The notes beneath the pieces are model-generated. The model was not told the DNA's origin and did no database searches. It was given only the letters and a program-made list of their open reading frames with translations. This document shows positions 46,004-57,142 of a DNA stretch of 64,000 bases, piece after piece (within the stretch, counting starts at the first letter, position 1; each line of letters starts with the position of its first letter). The position numbers and the translations under genes are program-made. The DNA comes from Spirochaetaceae bacterium (lineage in GTDB: Bacteria; Myxococcota_A; UBA9160; UBA4427), in assembly GCA_020632655.1 (NCBI GenBank), contig JACKFD010000004.1, positions 192,427 to 256,426 on the forward strand, read 5' to 3'.

Positions 46004-47182
46004 ATGGCAGGCCCCCCGCCCCCCGACGACGAGGTCGGCGCGCGCTCCGCGCGCCGCGACGATCGAGCGCAGAGCGACGTGACGCGGCGCGAGGCGTCGA
46101 CGGGCGGCCCGATGGACGCGGGCAGACCGGGTCCGGTCGGGGTCGACGCGCTGCCCGAAGGCGTACCGGTCGGAATCGCCGAGGCCTTTGCGCGGATCGC
46201 CCCCGACATGGAGCTCGTCGAGGCGGCGCTGCGTGACACGCTCGAGTCGAAGACCAAGCTCGTCGGCACGCTCGGCGCGCACCTGCTCTCGTCGGGTGGC
46301 AAGCGACTGCGACCGGCGCTCGTCCTGCTCGCCGCGGAGCTCTGCGGGTACCAGGGGCCGCGGCGGATCGCGCTGGCCGCCGCCCTCGAGCTGCTCCACT
46401 CCGCGACGCTCATGCACGACGACATCGTCGACCTCGCCGAGCTGCGCCGCGGTCGCCCCTCCGCGAACGCGATCTGGGGCAATCGCCGCGCCGTGCTCGC
46501 CGGCGACTTCTTCTACGCCCGCGCCTCGTCGATCATCGTCGAGGACGGCAACCTGGAGATCGTCGAGAGCTACGCGCGCACGATCCGGCTGATGGCCGAG
46601 GGCGAGCTGCTCCAGCTCGAGCGCAGCTTCGACGTCGACGTGACCGAGGCGCACTACTACGACGTGATCGAGCGCAAGAGCGCGACGCTCCTCTCCAACT
46701 GCTGCGAGGTCGGCGCGCTGCTCGGCGGCGTGACCCGTGGCGAGCGCAATCGCATCTGCGAGTACGGCCGGCAGCTCGGCCTCGCGTTCCAGCTGCGCGA
46801 CGACTGCCTCGACTACGAGGCGGATGTCGCGGACCTCGGCAAGCAGCCCTACGCGGACCTGCGCGAGGGCAAGCTGACGCTGCCCCTGATCCTGACCTTG
46901 AAGCGTTGCCGGGTCGGCGAGCGCGAGCAGGTGGCGAGCGTCTTGAAGAGCGCGGCGCGACTCGCGGAGGCGCACGGGGGCACGGCGCCGCTCGAGGCGC
47001 CGGAGCTCGAGCTCGGACCGGTCGCGGAGCTGGTCGCGCGCTACCGCGGGCTCGACGACACGCTCCGTCGCGCGCAGGAGCACGTCGCCCGGGCCCTCGA
47101 GGCGATCGCGCCCTTCCCCGACGGCTCGGCCAAGCGAGCGCTCCGCGCGGCGGCCGAGTTCTCGGTGGCCCGAGACCGCTAG
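46004..47182 (+). CDS. Polyprenyl diphosphate synthase (IspB-like, chain length unknown)
   Basis: LLHSATLMHDDIVD (first DDxxD) and FQLRDDCLD (second Asp-rich motif). Confidence 0.9.
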   Translation: MAGPPPPDDEVGARSARRDDRAQSDVTRREASTGGPMDAGRPGPVGVDALPEGVPVGIAEAFARIAPDMELVEAALRDTLESKTKLVGTLGAHLLSSGGKRLRPALVLLAAELCGYQGPRRIALAAALELLHSATLMHDDIVDLAELRRGRPSANAIWGNRRAVLAGDFFYARASSIIVEDGNLEIVESYARTIRLMAEGELLQLERSFDVDVTEAHYYDVIERKSATLLSNCCEVGALLGGVTRGERNRICEYGRQLGLAFQLRDDCLDYEADVADLGKQPYADLREGKLTLPLILTLKRCRVGEREQVASVLKSAARLAEAHGGTAPLEAPELELGPVAELVARYRGLDDTLRRAQEHVARALEAIAPFPDGSAKRALRAAAEFSVARDR

Positions 47183-47241
47183 GCCAGGCGCGGACCCCGC
47201 CGCGACCGATCGATTCGCCCCAGGTCCCGGGGAGTCTCAGC

Positions 47242-47646
47242 ATGTCCAGTCTCGATTTCGCCGATCCGGGTTCGGATCGGCCTCTTCCGGCCTTCTTCGC
47301 GGGTCGGCGGCGATTCCGGAACGCATTCGCGTTCCTCGTCCTCGGTCTGTCGCTGCTCGGGGGCACGGCCGCGACGGCGGCGGGCGGGGCTCAGGCCGCG
47401 CCTCTCGATCTCAACCGTGCGAGCGCGGAGGAGCTCGAGGCGCTGCCCGGGATCGGGCCCGTGAAGGCGGCGGCGATCCTCGCCGTGCGCGATGCCCAGG
47501 GCGGCTTCGCGTCGTTCGACGAGCTCGAGGAGGTGCGCGGCGTCGGGCCGGCGCTCGTGGAGAAGCTGCGGCCGCTCGTCGTGCTCGGCGATCGCAAGCC
47601 GGCTTCGCGTCCGAAGCCTGCGAGCAAGCCGGCGACCCCGCGCTAG
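47242..47646 (+). CDS. comEA: ComEA-family helix-hairpin-helix DNA-binding protein
   Basis: TM/signal segment followed by LDLNRASAEELEALPGIGPVKAAAILAVRDAQGGFASFDELEEVRGVGP. Confidence 0.85.
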   Translation: MSSLDFADPGSDRPLPAFFAGRRRFRNAFAFLVLGLSLLGGTAATAAGGAQAAPLDLNRASAEELEALPGIGPVKAAAILAVRDAQGGFASFDELEEVRGVGPALVEKLRPLVVLGDRKPASRPKPASKPATPR

Positions 47647-47741
47647 CCGTCCTTGCGGAGCGGGCGCATCGTCGTGCCCTTGAGGCGTCGCTGTGCCCGC
47701 TCCCACTCTCGGCGCGTCCGCGGGCCGCCGACGGCACGAGT

Positions 47742-48923
47742 ATGCTTGCGGGCATGTCGCCCCGACCGCAGGAGCCCCGCCCGTCCGCCCGTTCGCCGCG
47801 CGCGCCGTCTTCGTCGCGCACGCGCGGTGCATTCCGGGGCACGGCGACGCGTGGGCTGCTCCTGCTGCTGGTGCTCGCCGGCCTGCTCCCCGCCGCTCGG
47901 GTCGCGGGTGCGTTCGAACGGGGCGGGTCCGCGCCGATCGCTCCATCCGCTGCGGGCTGGCCGCGGCTGATCTCGCTCAACCCGTCGCTCTCCGCGATCG
48001 TGCTGCGACTCGGCGGCGGCGAGGCGCTGGTCGGTGTCGACGACTACACCGCGCGACTGCTGCCCGAGCTGGCGGATCGGCCGCGCGTCGGCGGGCTCTT
48101 CGATCCGAGCCTCGAGTGGGTCGTGGCGCTGCGGCCCGATCGCGTGCTGCTGGTCGCGGGTGTCGATCAACAGCGATACGGCGAGCAGCTCGCCGCGCTC
48201 GGCCTCGAGGTCGAGGTCTACCGCAACGAGCGCCTCGACGAGGTGCTCGAGAACGTGGCGCGCCTCGGACGGTTGCTCGGTCGGGAGCAGGCGGCGGCGG
48301 GCTGCATCGACTCGATCCTCGCGATGCGTGCGGCGGTCGCGGAGGCGACGGCCGAGCGGCCGCGGCCGGCGACCGTCGCGGTGCTCGACCGATCGCCGCT
48401 CTTCGTGGTCGGCGGCGAGACCTTCCTCGACGAGATGCTCGCGTCCGTCGGCGCCCGGAACCTCGGGCGCGCACTCGGGACCGGCTATCCGCGTGCATCG
48501 ACCGAGTGGCTGATCGCGGCGCGGCCCGAGCTGCTGCTCGACCTGACGCCGGGTGCGGAGCCGGACGCGGCGGACTACTGGACGCGCTGGCCGAGCCTGC
48601 CGGCGGTGGCGGAGGGGCGCGTGTTGAGGCTCGAGGCCAGCCGCATCAGCCTGCCGGGGCCGGATCTCGATCGCGCGCTGCGCGACCTGGCGGTCGCAGT
48701 GCATGGGTCGTCGATCGAGGCCGCGATCGACGCGGCGCTCGCGCAGGTGGCGCGCGACGCGGAGCGCGACGGGGCGGCCTCACGCGGGGTACGCGACGCG
48801 GAGCGCGACGGGGCGGCCTCACGCGGGGTACGCGACGCGGAGCGCGACGGGGCGGCCTCACGCGGGGTGCGTGCCACGGAGCGCGAAGGAGCGTTCGGGG
48901 GCGGGGAGCGGGTGGCGCGATGA
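47742..48923 (+). CDS. Class III (BtuF/FhuD-like) ABC substrate-binding protein with a repeat-containing C-terminal extension
   Basis: RLISLNPSLSAIVLRLGG...LVGVDDYT...LRPDRVLL is typical of cobalamin/siderophore/haem binding proteins. Followed by FecCD permease and ATPase genes. Confidence 0.85.
   Translation: MLAGMSPRPQEPRPSARSPRAPSSSRTRGAFRGTATRGLLLLLVLAGLLPAARVAGAFERGGSAPIAPSAAGWPRLISLNPSLSAIVLRLGGGEALVGVDDYTARLLPELADRPRVGGLFDPSLEWVVALRPDRVLLVAGVDQQRYGEQLAALGLEVEVYRNERLDEVLENVARLGRLLGREQAAAGCIDSILAMRAAVAEATAERPRPATVAVLDRSPLFVVGGETFLDEMLASVGARNLGRALGTGYPRASTEWLIAARPELLLDLTPGAEPDAADYWTRWPSLPAVAEGRVLRLEASRISLPGPDLDRALRDLAVAVHGSSIEAAIDAALAQVARDAERDGAASRGVRDAERDGAASRGVRDAERDGAASRGVRATEREGAFGGGERVAR
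48753..48869 (+). repeat. 39-bp in-frame tandem repeat, three copies plus a degenerate fourth
   Basis: CGCGACGCGGAGCGCGACGGGGCGGCCTCACGCGGGGTA at 48753-48791 and 48792-48830 is identical. The third copy (48831-48869) differs at its last base. Encodes (RDAERDGAASRGV)x3. Confidence 0.95.
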
Positions 48924-49942
48924 TCCGCCTCTCGGGGCTGCGGCTGGTCGGCGTGCTGGGTGCGCTCGTAGCGGTGCTCGTGATCGTGGCGCTCGTCGCG
49001 CTCGCGACGGGGCCCTCGGGCGTCGGGGTCGGCGACGTGATGGCGCTGCTGCGCGGCGAGTCGATCGACCCGGCTGCGCGGGACATCCTGCTCGCCGTGC
49101 GTCTGCCGCGACTCGTGCTCGGGCTGCTGGTCGGGGCGGCGCTGGCGACGGCGGGGGCCGTCTTCCAGGCCTTGCTGCGCAATCCGCTCGCCGACCCCTT
49201 CGTGCTCGGCATCTCGGGCGGCGCGGCGCTCGCGGGGATCGGCGTGCTCGCGCTCGGTGGCGTCGTCGCGATCTCGCCGCGGGTCGTCCCGATCGCGGCC
49301 TTCGGCGGCGGGCTCGTCGCGACCGCCCTCCTCTACTGGATCGCCGGCGGTCGCGGACGCAGCTCGCCGACGGGCCTGCTGCTGACGGGGGTCGTCTTCA
49401 ACGCCTTCGCCTCCGCGGGCATCGTCTTCCTCGCCTCGGTCGCCGGCTTCTTCGAGGGCTCGCGCATCTTCCTCTGGCTGATCGGCCATCTCTCGGCGGT
49501 CGACGTCGACGCGGCGGGACTCGTCGCCGCGAGCGTCGTGCTCGGTCTCGGCGTCGCCTGCCTGCTCGCGCGCAGCCTGAACCTGCTCGCCCTCGGTGAC
49601 GAGACCGCCGCGCATCTCGGCGTGCCGGTCGAGGCCCATCGCCGTTGGCTGCTGCTCGCGACGTCGCTCATGGTCGGCGCCGCCGTCGCCGTCTCGGGCC
49701 TGATCGGCTTCGTCGGGCTGATCGTGCCGCACGCGCTGCGCCTCGTGATCGGCTCGGACCATCGCCTGCTCGTCCCCGCCACCGCCCTCGCGGGCGCCTC
49801 CTTCCTCGTGCTCTCCGACACCGTTGCGCGTACGCTGCTCGACGGGCGGGAGCTGCCGGTGGGCGCAGTGACGGCGCTGGTCGGCGGGCCGCTCTTCATC
49901 TTCCTGCTGCGGCGCGCGCAGGCGCGGGGGCCGCTGGCATGA
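48920..49942 (+). CDS. FecCD/BtuC-family ABC permease
   Basis: LRLPRLVLGLLVGAALATAGAVFQALLRNPLADPFVLGISGGAAL. The ATG overlaps the binding-protein stop. Confidence 0.92.
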   Translation: MIRLSGLRLVGVLGALVAVLVIVALVALATGPSGVGVGDVMALLRGESIDPAARDILLAVRLPRLVLGLLVGAALATAGAVFQALLRNPLADPFVLGISGGAALAGIGVLALGGVVAISPRVVPIAAFGGGLVATALLYWIAGGRGRSSPTGLLLTGVVFNAFASAGIVFLASVAGFFEGSRIFLWLIGHLSAVDVDAAGLVAASVVLGLGVACLLARSLNLLALGDETAAHLGVPVEAHRRWLLLATSLMVGAAVAVSGLIGFVGLIVPHALRLVIGSDHRLLVPATALAGASFLVLSDTVARTLLDGRELPVGAVTALVGGPLFIFLLRRAQARGPLA

Positions 49943-50799
49943 GTGCGGCGAGTCGGGGCGGGAAAGGCCGCGCGCACGCGACGTCGCCGCGCGATGCGGG
50001 TGCGGCGAGGGTGGCCGGCGAGCGGCTGGGCTTCGCGGGGGTCGCGGTGCAGATCGGCGAGCGGACGTTGCTCGAGGGCGTCGACTTCACCGTCGCGCCG
50101 GGCGAGGTCGTCGCGCTCGCCGGCCGCAACGGCGCGGGCAAGACGACGCTCTTGCGGATCGCATCGGGGGAGCGCGCCGCGGACGCGGGCCGGGTCCGGC
50201 TCGGCGACGACGACGTCGCCCGACTCTCGCGCCGCGCCCTCGCGCGACGGGTGGCGCTCGTGCCCCAGGACCTGCACGTACCCTTCCCCTTCCGCGTCGG
50301 CGAGCTCGTGCTGATGGGCCGCGCCCCCCACCAGCCGCTGATCGGTCTCGAGAGCGAGCGGGACGTCGAGCTCGCGCGGGCGGCCCTCGAGCGCCTCGGC
50401 ATCGCGGACCTCGCGGACCGCCCCGTCACGACCCTATCCGGCGGCGAGCGGCAGCTCGTGCTGGTCGCGCGGGCGCTCGTGCAGGAGCCGGGCCTGCTGC
50501 TGCTCGACGAGCCCACGGCCTTCCTCGACCTGCGCCATCGCGTCGAGGTGCTGCGCGAGGTGCGCGCCTTCGCCCGGGCGGGCGGCTCGGCCCTGGTCGT
50601 CTCCCACGACCTCTCGCTCGCGGCCCGGACCTGCGACCGGATCGTCCTGCTGGGCGGGGGGGGCATCGTCGGCCAGGGTCCCCCCGACCACGTCCTCCGG
50701 CCCGAGACGCTGCGCGCGGCCTTCGGCATCGACGTGCGGACCTTCGCGGGGCCGGACGGGGCGATGGTCGTGGTGCCGGATCTCGGGGCCGGGGGCTGA
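49939..50799 (+). CDS. ABC transporter ATP-binding protein (BtuD/FecE-like)
   Basis: GRNGAGKTTLL Walker A, LSGGERQLVLVARAL signature and LLLLDEPTAFLD Walker B. ATGA overlap with the permease. Confidence 0.93.
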   Translation: MSAASRGGKGRAHATSPRDAGAARVAGERLGFAGVAVQIGERTLLEGVDFTVAPGEVVALAGRNGAGKTTLLRIASGERAADAGRVRLGDDDVARLSRRALARRVALVPQDLHVPFPFRVGELVLMGRAPHQPLIGLESERDVELARAALERLGIADLADRPVTTLSGGERQLVLVARALVQEPGLLLLDEPTAFLDLRHRVEVLREVRAFARAGGSALVVSHDLSLAARTCDRIVLLGGGGIVGQGPPDHVLRPETLRAAFGIDVRTFAGPDGAMVVVPDLGAGG

Positions 50800-50892
50800 G
50801 GCCGCCGCCGGCGTGCCGCGCGTCCTTGCCGGGCGGCGGCGAAGCGCCCTGCGGATGCCCTCCGCGGACCGACCGCGGGGGTCGCCTGCTAA

Positions 50893-53291
<2,399 letters not shown>

Positions 53292-53551
53292 GGCCGCATC
53301 CGGGCCGGGGCCTTCCCCCGAGCCCGGCCGGGTCTTCGACCCAGCCCGTCCCGGCCTTCGGCCCGGGCCCGCCTCGGCGGAATTCCTGCAAGTTTCCAAT
53401 AAACCACTAATGGCCCTCGGCTGAATCACCGATGGGACACGCAAGTCGTGTGCAGGAAACGCGTAGGCACAGCCCGCGGATCCTGCCCGGCCGGATCGCG
53501 CGCCCTTCCGGGTGGGGCGGGTGCGCGCGACCGGACCGAGCCGAAGCGGGA

Positions 53552-54166
53552 ATGCAGGACGGGATGGGGAACCAGCAAAGACTGAACGTGCTCGTGGTGG
53601 ATCGGGACGAGGACACCCTCCTCCAGCTGAAGGAGCTGCTCACTCGACAGGGCTACAGCGTGACCTGCCTCGGCGAGCCCCTGCGCGCGCCGGAGGAGGT
53701 CCGCCAGAACCGCTTCCAGCTCGTCGTGCTCGACGTGTCCCCCGGCAGCGGCGGCGGCGAGGCCCTGGCGGCGATCCGCGGCTTCGACAAGGACGTCTGC
53801 GTGATCGCCACGACGGGCATCGCGTCGGTCGAGATGGCGGTCGAGACGATGAAGCACTCGGCCTTCCACTACCTGCAGAAGCCGCTCGACGACGACGAGG
53901 TGCTCGCGGTCGTGCGCGAGGCGATCCGCGACCGCGGTCTGCTCGTCGACCTCGAGACCCATCTCAACACGGAGATCGGCCGCCGCATCCGGACCCAGCG
54001 CCACGCGGCCGAGCTGACCCTCAAGCAGCTCGCCAACCGCACGGGCCTCTCGGTCAGCCTGATCTCGCAGATCGAGCTCGGCAAGAGCGCCGCGTCGATG
54101 TCGACGATGCACAAGCTCGGCGCCGCGCTCGGTGTCAGGATGACCTACTTCTTCGAGACGCTCTGA
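53552..54166 (+). CDS. Response regulator: receiver domain fused to an XRE (Cro/C1)-type HTH
   Basis: REC features: LVVDRDED, phospho-acceptor context LVVLDV, IATTG and LQKP. C-terminal HTH LTLKQLANRTGLSVSLISQIELGKSAASMSTMHKLGAALGV. Confidence 0.8.
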   Translation: MQDGMGNQQRLNVLVVDRDEDTLLQLKELLTRQGYSVTCLGEPLRAPEEVRQNRFQLVVLDVSPGSGGGEALAAIRGFDKDVCVIATTGIASVEMAVETMKHSAFHYLQKPLDDDEVLAVVREAIRDRGLLVDLETHLNTEIGRRIRTQRHAAELTLKQLANRTGLSVSLISQIELGKSAASMSTMHKLGAALGVRMTYFFETL

Positions 54167-54233
54167 TCGTCTTCGAGCGGGTCGGACGCCCAGGCGCCCG
54201 GCCCGCTATGCTCCCGCCCCGCGCCCCGCGCGC

Positions 54234-55349
54234 GTGGAGGGAGCCGCCATTCGCAGCGTCGAAGAGTCCAGACCGCGGCCGGGGCTGTCCGTTCCGGTGC
54301 TGACGATCCTCGACGAGGAGGGCGGCCTCCTCGAGGAGGACCAGCGCGCCCTCGTCCGCCACGTCGTCCAGGACGGCCAGGGCGCCGACATCCTCTTCTC
54401 CGCCGGCACGACCGGCGAGTGGGACAAGGTCGACAACGCGACCCGCCAGGCCGTGATCCGGGTCTGCGCCGAGGAGGTCGCGAAGCTGAACGTCGCGCTG
54501 CGCGCCGCCGACGGACGCGGCGTGGAGAGCTGGGCCGGCGTGACCGCGCCGACCGCCGAGGACACCCTCGCCAACCTCGAGTTCGCGATCGACTGCGGCG
54601 TCGACGCGGCCGTGCTCGCGCCACTCTCGATCCGCGGCGTCGAGGATCCGGTCCGATTCGTGCTGCGCGACGTCGCCGACCTGCTCGACGCCCGCTCGCG
54701 CCGCATCCCCGTCTTCCTCTACGACAACGCCGACATCGCCATCGACCCCCGCGTACCCCACATCCGCACGAAGCAGGTCAAGGCCATGAGCCGCCTCGAC
54801 TTCGTGCGCGGGATCAAGGTCTCCGCCTCGAACAAGGTGCTCGGCAACTACACCCGCGCCGCCAAGAGCTTCAAGGATCGCGGCGAGTTCGCGATCTACG
54901 TCGGCAACGCGATGCTGATCTTCGACATCTACCGGCCCTACCGCGGCTTCCTCGGCGTGCTGCAGGAACATTGGGATCGCTGGCGGCGCGCGGGCGGGAT
55001 GCCCGTCGGCGTCGTGTCGGGACCGGCGAACGCGCTGCCGCGGGAGTGGGCCTGGGCCTGGCAGGTCTGTCGCGCGGGCGACGAGGAGCGCATGGACCAG
55101 GCGCGCCGCGTCGTCGAGGGCTTCCGCGAGCGGACGGTCGCGGCGAGCGGCAAGCGGACGCTGGCCTGTCTCAAGCGGGCGCTCTGGCTCGAGGGCGTGA
55201 TCTCGAGCGCCGCCGTCGCGGCCGGCACGCCGGCACTCACGAACGTCGACGCGGAGCGCTTCGATCGTGCCTGGGACGAGGTGAAGGCGCTGGCCGCGCG
55301 GGAGATCCGCGCGCCCTGGCTCACGCGCTTCGAGCAGCGCTCGGCATGA
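54234..55349 (+). CDS. DHDPS/N-acetylneuraminate-lyase superfamily (class I, pyruvate-dependent) aldolase-like protein
   Basis: FSAGTTGEW (GTTGE motif), FLYDN and RGIKVSAS (Schiff-base lysine context). 371 aa, longer than DapA. Exact start uncertain. Confidence 0.75.
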   Translation: MEGAAIRSVEESRPRPGLSVPVLTILDEEGGLLEEDQRALVRHVVQDGQGADILFSAGTTGEWDKVDNATRQAVIRVCAEEVAKLNVALRAADGRGVESWAGVTAPTAEDTLANLEFAIDCGVDAAVLAPLSIRGVEDPVRFVLRDVADLLDARSRRIPVFLYDNADIAIDPRVPHIRTKQVKAMSRLDFVRGIKVSASNKVLGNYTRAAKSFKDRGEFAIYVGNAMLIFDIYRPYRGFLGVLQEHWDRWRRAGGMPVGVVSGPANALPREWAWAWQVCRAGDEERMDQARRVVEGFRERTVAASGKRTLACLKRALWLEGVISSAAVAAGTPALTNVDAERFDRAWDEVKALAAREIRAPWLTRFEQRSA

Positions 55350-57085
55350 GCGCACGCAAGACCTCGAAGCGCAGCGCTGCCCCGCGTTCGGCGGCGGGCG
55401 CGCCCTCGGCGACGGCACGCCCCGTGGACGCGGCGCAGGACGGATCGCGCGACCTCGAGCTGGTCGGCTTCGGCAGCATGGTCCTCGATCGCATCCATCG
55501 CACGCGCCGCGTGATCGGCGCGAACGAGAAGGCACTGCTCGACGCGGTCGACGCGCAGACGGGTCCGGTCCGCACGTGCGTCGGCGGGCTGATGCTGAAC
55601 CAGCTCGGCTGGGCGGCGCTCTTCGGGCTGCGCGTCGGGATCTTCGGCCGGCAGGCGGAGGACGAGGCGGGGCGCGTGCTGCGCGCGGCGATGGCCCGAC
55701 ACGGGATCGAGACGCATCTCGACCGGACGGCGAGCGGCAGCTCGATCGCCGAGATCTTCGTCGACGCCGCGGGCGAGCGGGCGATCTACATGGCCGCGGC
55801 GGGCACGGCGGAGACGCGGCCGCGGCACGTGCACGAGGATCACTCGGGCTTCGTCGCGCGGGCGGCGCGGCTCACGACCGAGATCTCGCAGCTGCCCCTC
55901 GACACGGCGCTCGCGGCGCTCGAGCTGGCGCGGGCGATGGGGATCGGGACCGTCGTCGATCTCGACGTGCGGCCGAGCGACGCGGTCGGGGTGCTGGGCG
56001 ATCGCGAGACCTTCGACCGCGTGCTGCGCGCGGCGGATCTGCTCAAGCCGACGGAGATCGCGGCGCGGGAGCTCTTTCCCGAGCTGGACTCGCTCGAGGC
56101 GCTCGCGCGGCGGATCCGCGAGGCGTACGGCGTGCCGCGTGTCGTGATGACGCTCGGCGAGGCCGGGGCGCTGCTCTCGGATGCCGAGGGCGAGCGGCTC
56201 GTCCCCGCGTATGGCGCGCGGGCGGTCGTGGACTCGACCGGGGCGGGGGACGCGTTCCTCGGTGGCTACCTCGCGGGCGAGACCCTCGGGCTCGCGCCGA
56301 TCGACGCCGTGCGGCTCGGCAACGCCTGTGGTGCGGCGTGTGTCGAGCGGGTCGGTGCCTTCCCGGACGAGCCGGAGGTGCTTCGTGCGCGGGTGCTCGA
56401 GCTCTACGCCGGGCCGGAGCCTGCGGACGCGCGCTGGGGCGAGGCGGTCGCGGCGAAGACGCAGGGTGCTTCGAGCGGGCGCGGGCCGGCGCAGGCGGGA
56501 CTTCGTGTGCTCGAGGTCGCCGCGCGGGAGATCGCGGCGCTGGCGGGGCGACACGATGGTGCGTCGATCCTGGCGGCGGCGGAGCTGATCGAGCGGGCCG
56601 AGGCGGGCGGGGGTCGCGTGCACGTGACCGGCGTCGGCAAGCCCGAGCACGTGGCGCACTACGCTGCGAGCCTGCTCGCGTCGACGGGCACGCCGGCAAC
56701 CTTCCTGCACGCGACCGAGTCGCTCCACGGCAGTCTCGGGCAGATCGTGCCCGGCGACGTCGTGATCGCGATCAGCAACAGCGGCACGACCGGAGAGTGT
56801 CTGCTCGCGGCGCGGGCCGTGCGCGACTACGGCGGACGGCTGATCGCCGTGACGGGCGGGCTGGGCTCGGCGCTGGCGGAGCTGGCGGACGTGACCCTCG
56901 ACGCGGGGGTGTCCGAGGAGGGCGGGCCGTTGGGTCTTGCCCCGCGGGCGAGCGTCGCGGCGGAGATCCTGGTGCTGGCGGCCCTGGGGGCGGTCCTGCA
57001 GGAGCGCCGGGGCCTCGACCGGAAGGCGTATGCGTCGCGGCATCCGGCGGGCGCACTCGGCAAGCAGGCGCGGGGCGAGTCCTGA
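55346..57085 (+). CDS. Fusion protein: PfkB-family carbohydrate kinase (N) + KpsF/GutQ-type SIS sugar-phosphate isomerase domain (C), no CBS pair
   Basis: PfkB signature VVDSTGAGDAFLGGYLAG. SIS core VTGVGKPEHVAHYAASLLASTGTPATFLHATESLHGSLGQI...VIAISNSGTTGE...LGLAPRASVAAEILVLAALG...SRHPAGALGK. ATGA overlap with the aldolase gene. Confidence 0.82.
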   Translation: MSARKTSKRSAAPRSAAGAPSATARPVDAAQDGSRDLELVGFGSMVLDRIHRTRRVIGANEKALLDAVDAQTGPVRTCVGGLMLNQLGWAALFGLRVGIFGRQAEDEAGRVLRAAMARHGIETHLDRTASGSSIAEIFVDAAGERAIYMAAAGTAETRPRHVHEDHSGFVARAARLTTEISQLPLDTALAALELARAMGIGTVVDLDVRPSDAVGVLGDRETFDRVLRAADLLKPTEIAARELFPELDSLEALARRIREAYGVPRVVMTLGEAGALLSDAEGERLVPAYGARAVVDSTGAGDAFLGGYLAGETLGLAPIDAVRLGNACGAACVERVGAFPDEPEVLRARVLELYAGPEPADARWGEAVAAKTQGASSGRGPAQAGLRVLEVAAREIAALAGRHDGASILAAAELIERAEAGGGRVHVTGVGKPEHVAHYAASLLASTGTPATFLHATESLHGSLGQIVPGDVVIAISNSGTTGECLLAARAVRDYGGRLIAVTGGLGSALAELADVTLDAGVSEEGGPLGLAPRASVAAEILVLAALGAVLQERRGLDRKAYASRHPAGALGKQARGES

Positions 57086-57142
57086 GCGCGACGGGCCTTC
57101 TGATCCCGGCCTGAAGCCGGGTCGAATCTCACTCAGGCCGGC

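Noticed and set aside
47647-47741. A possible cobalamin riboswitch ahead of the BtuF-like transporter genes.
   Set aside because: The spacer is only ~95 nt and I could not see a B12-box-like core. The substrate of the transporter therefore stays open (cobalamin, haem or siderophore).
48753-48869. Whether the tandem 39-bp repeats are a CRISPR array.
   Set aside because: The repeats are directly adjacent with no spacers. They are in frame inside a CDS, and no cas genes are present.
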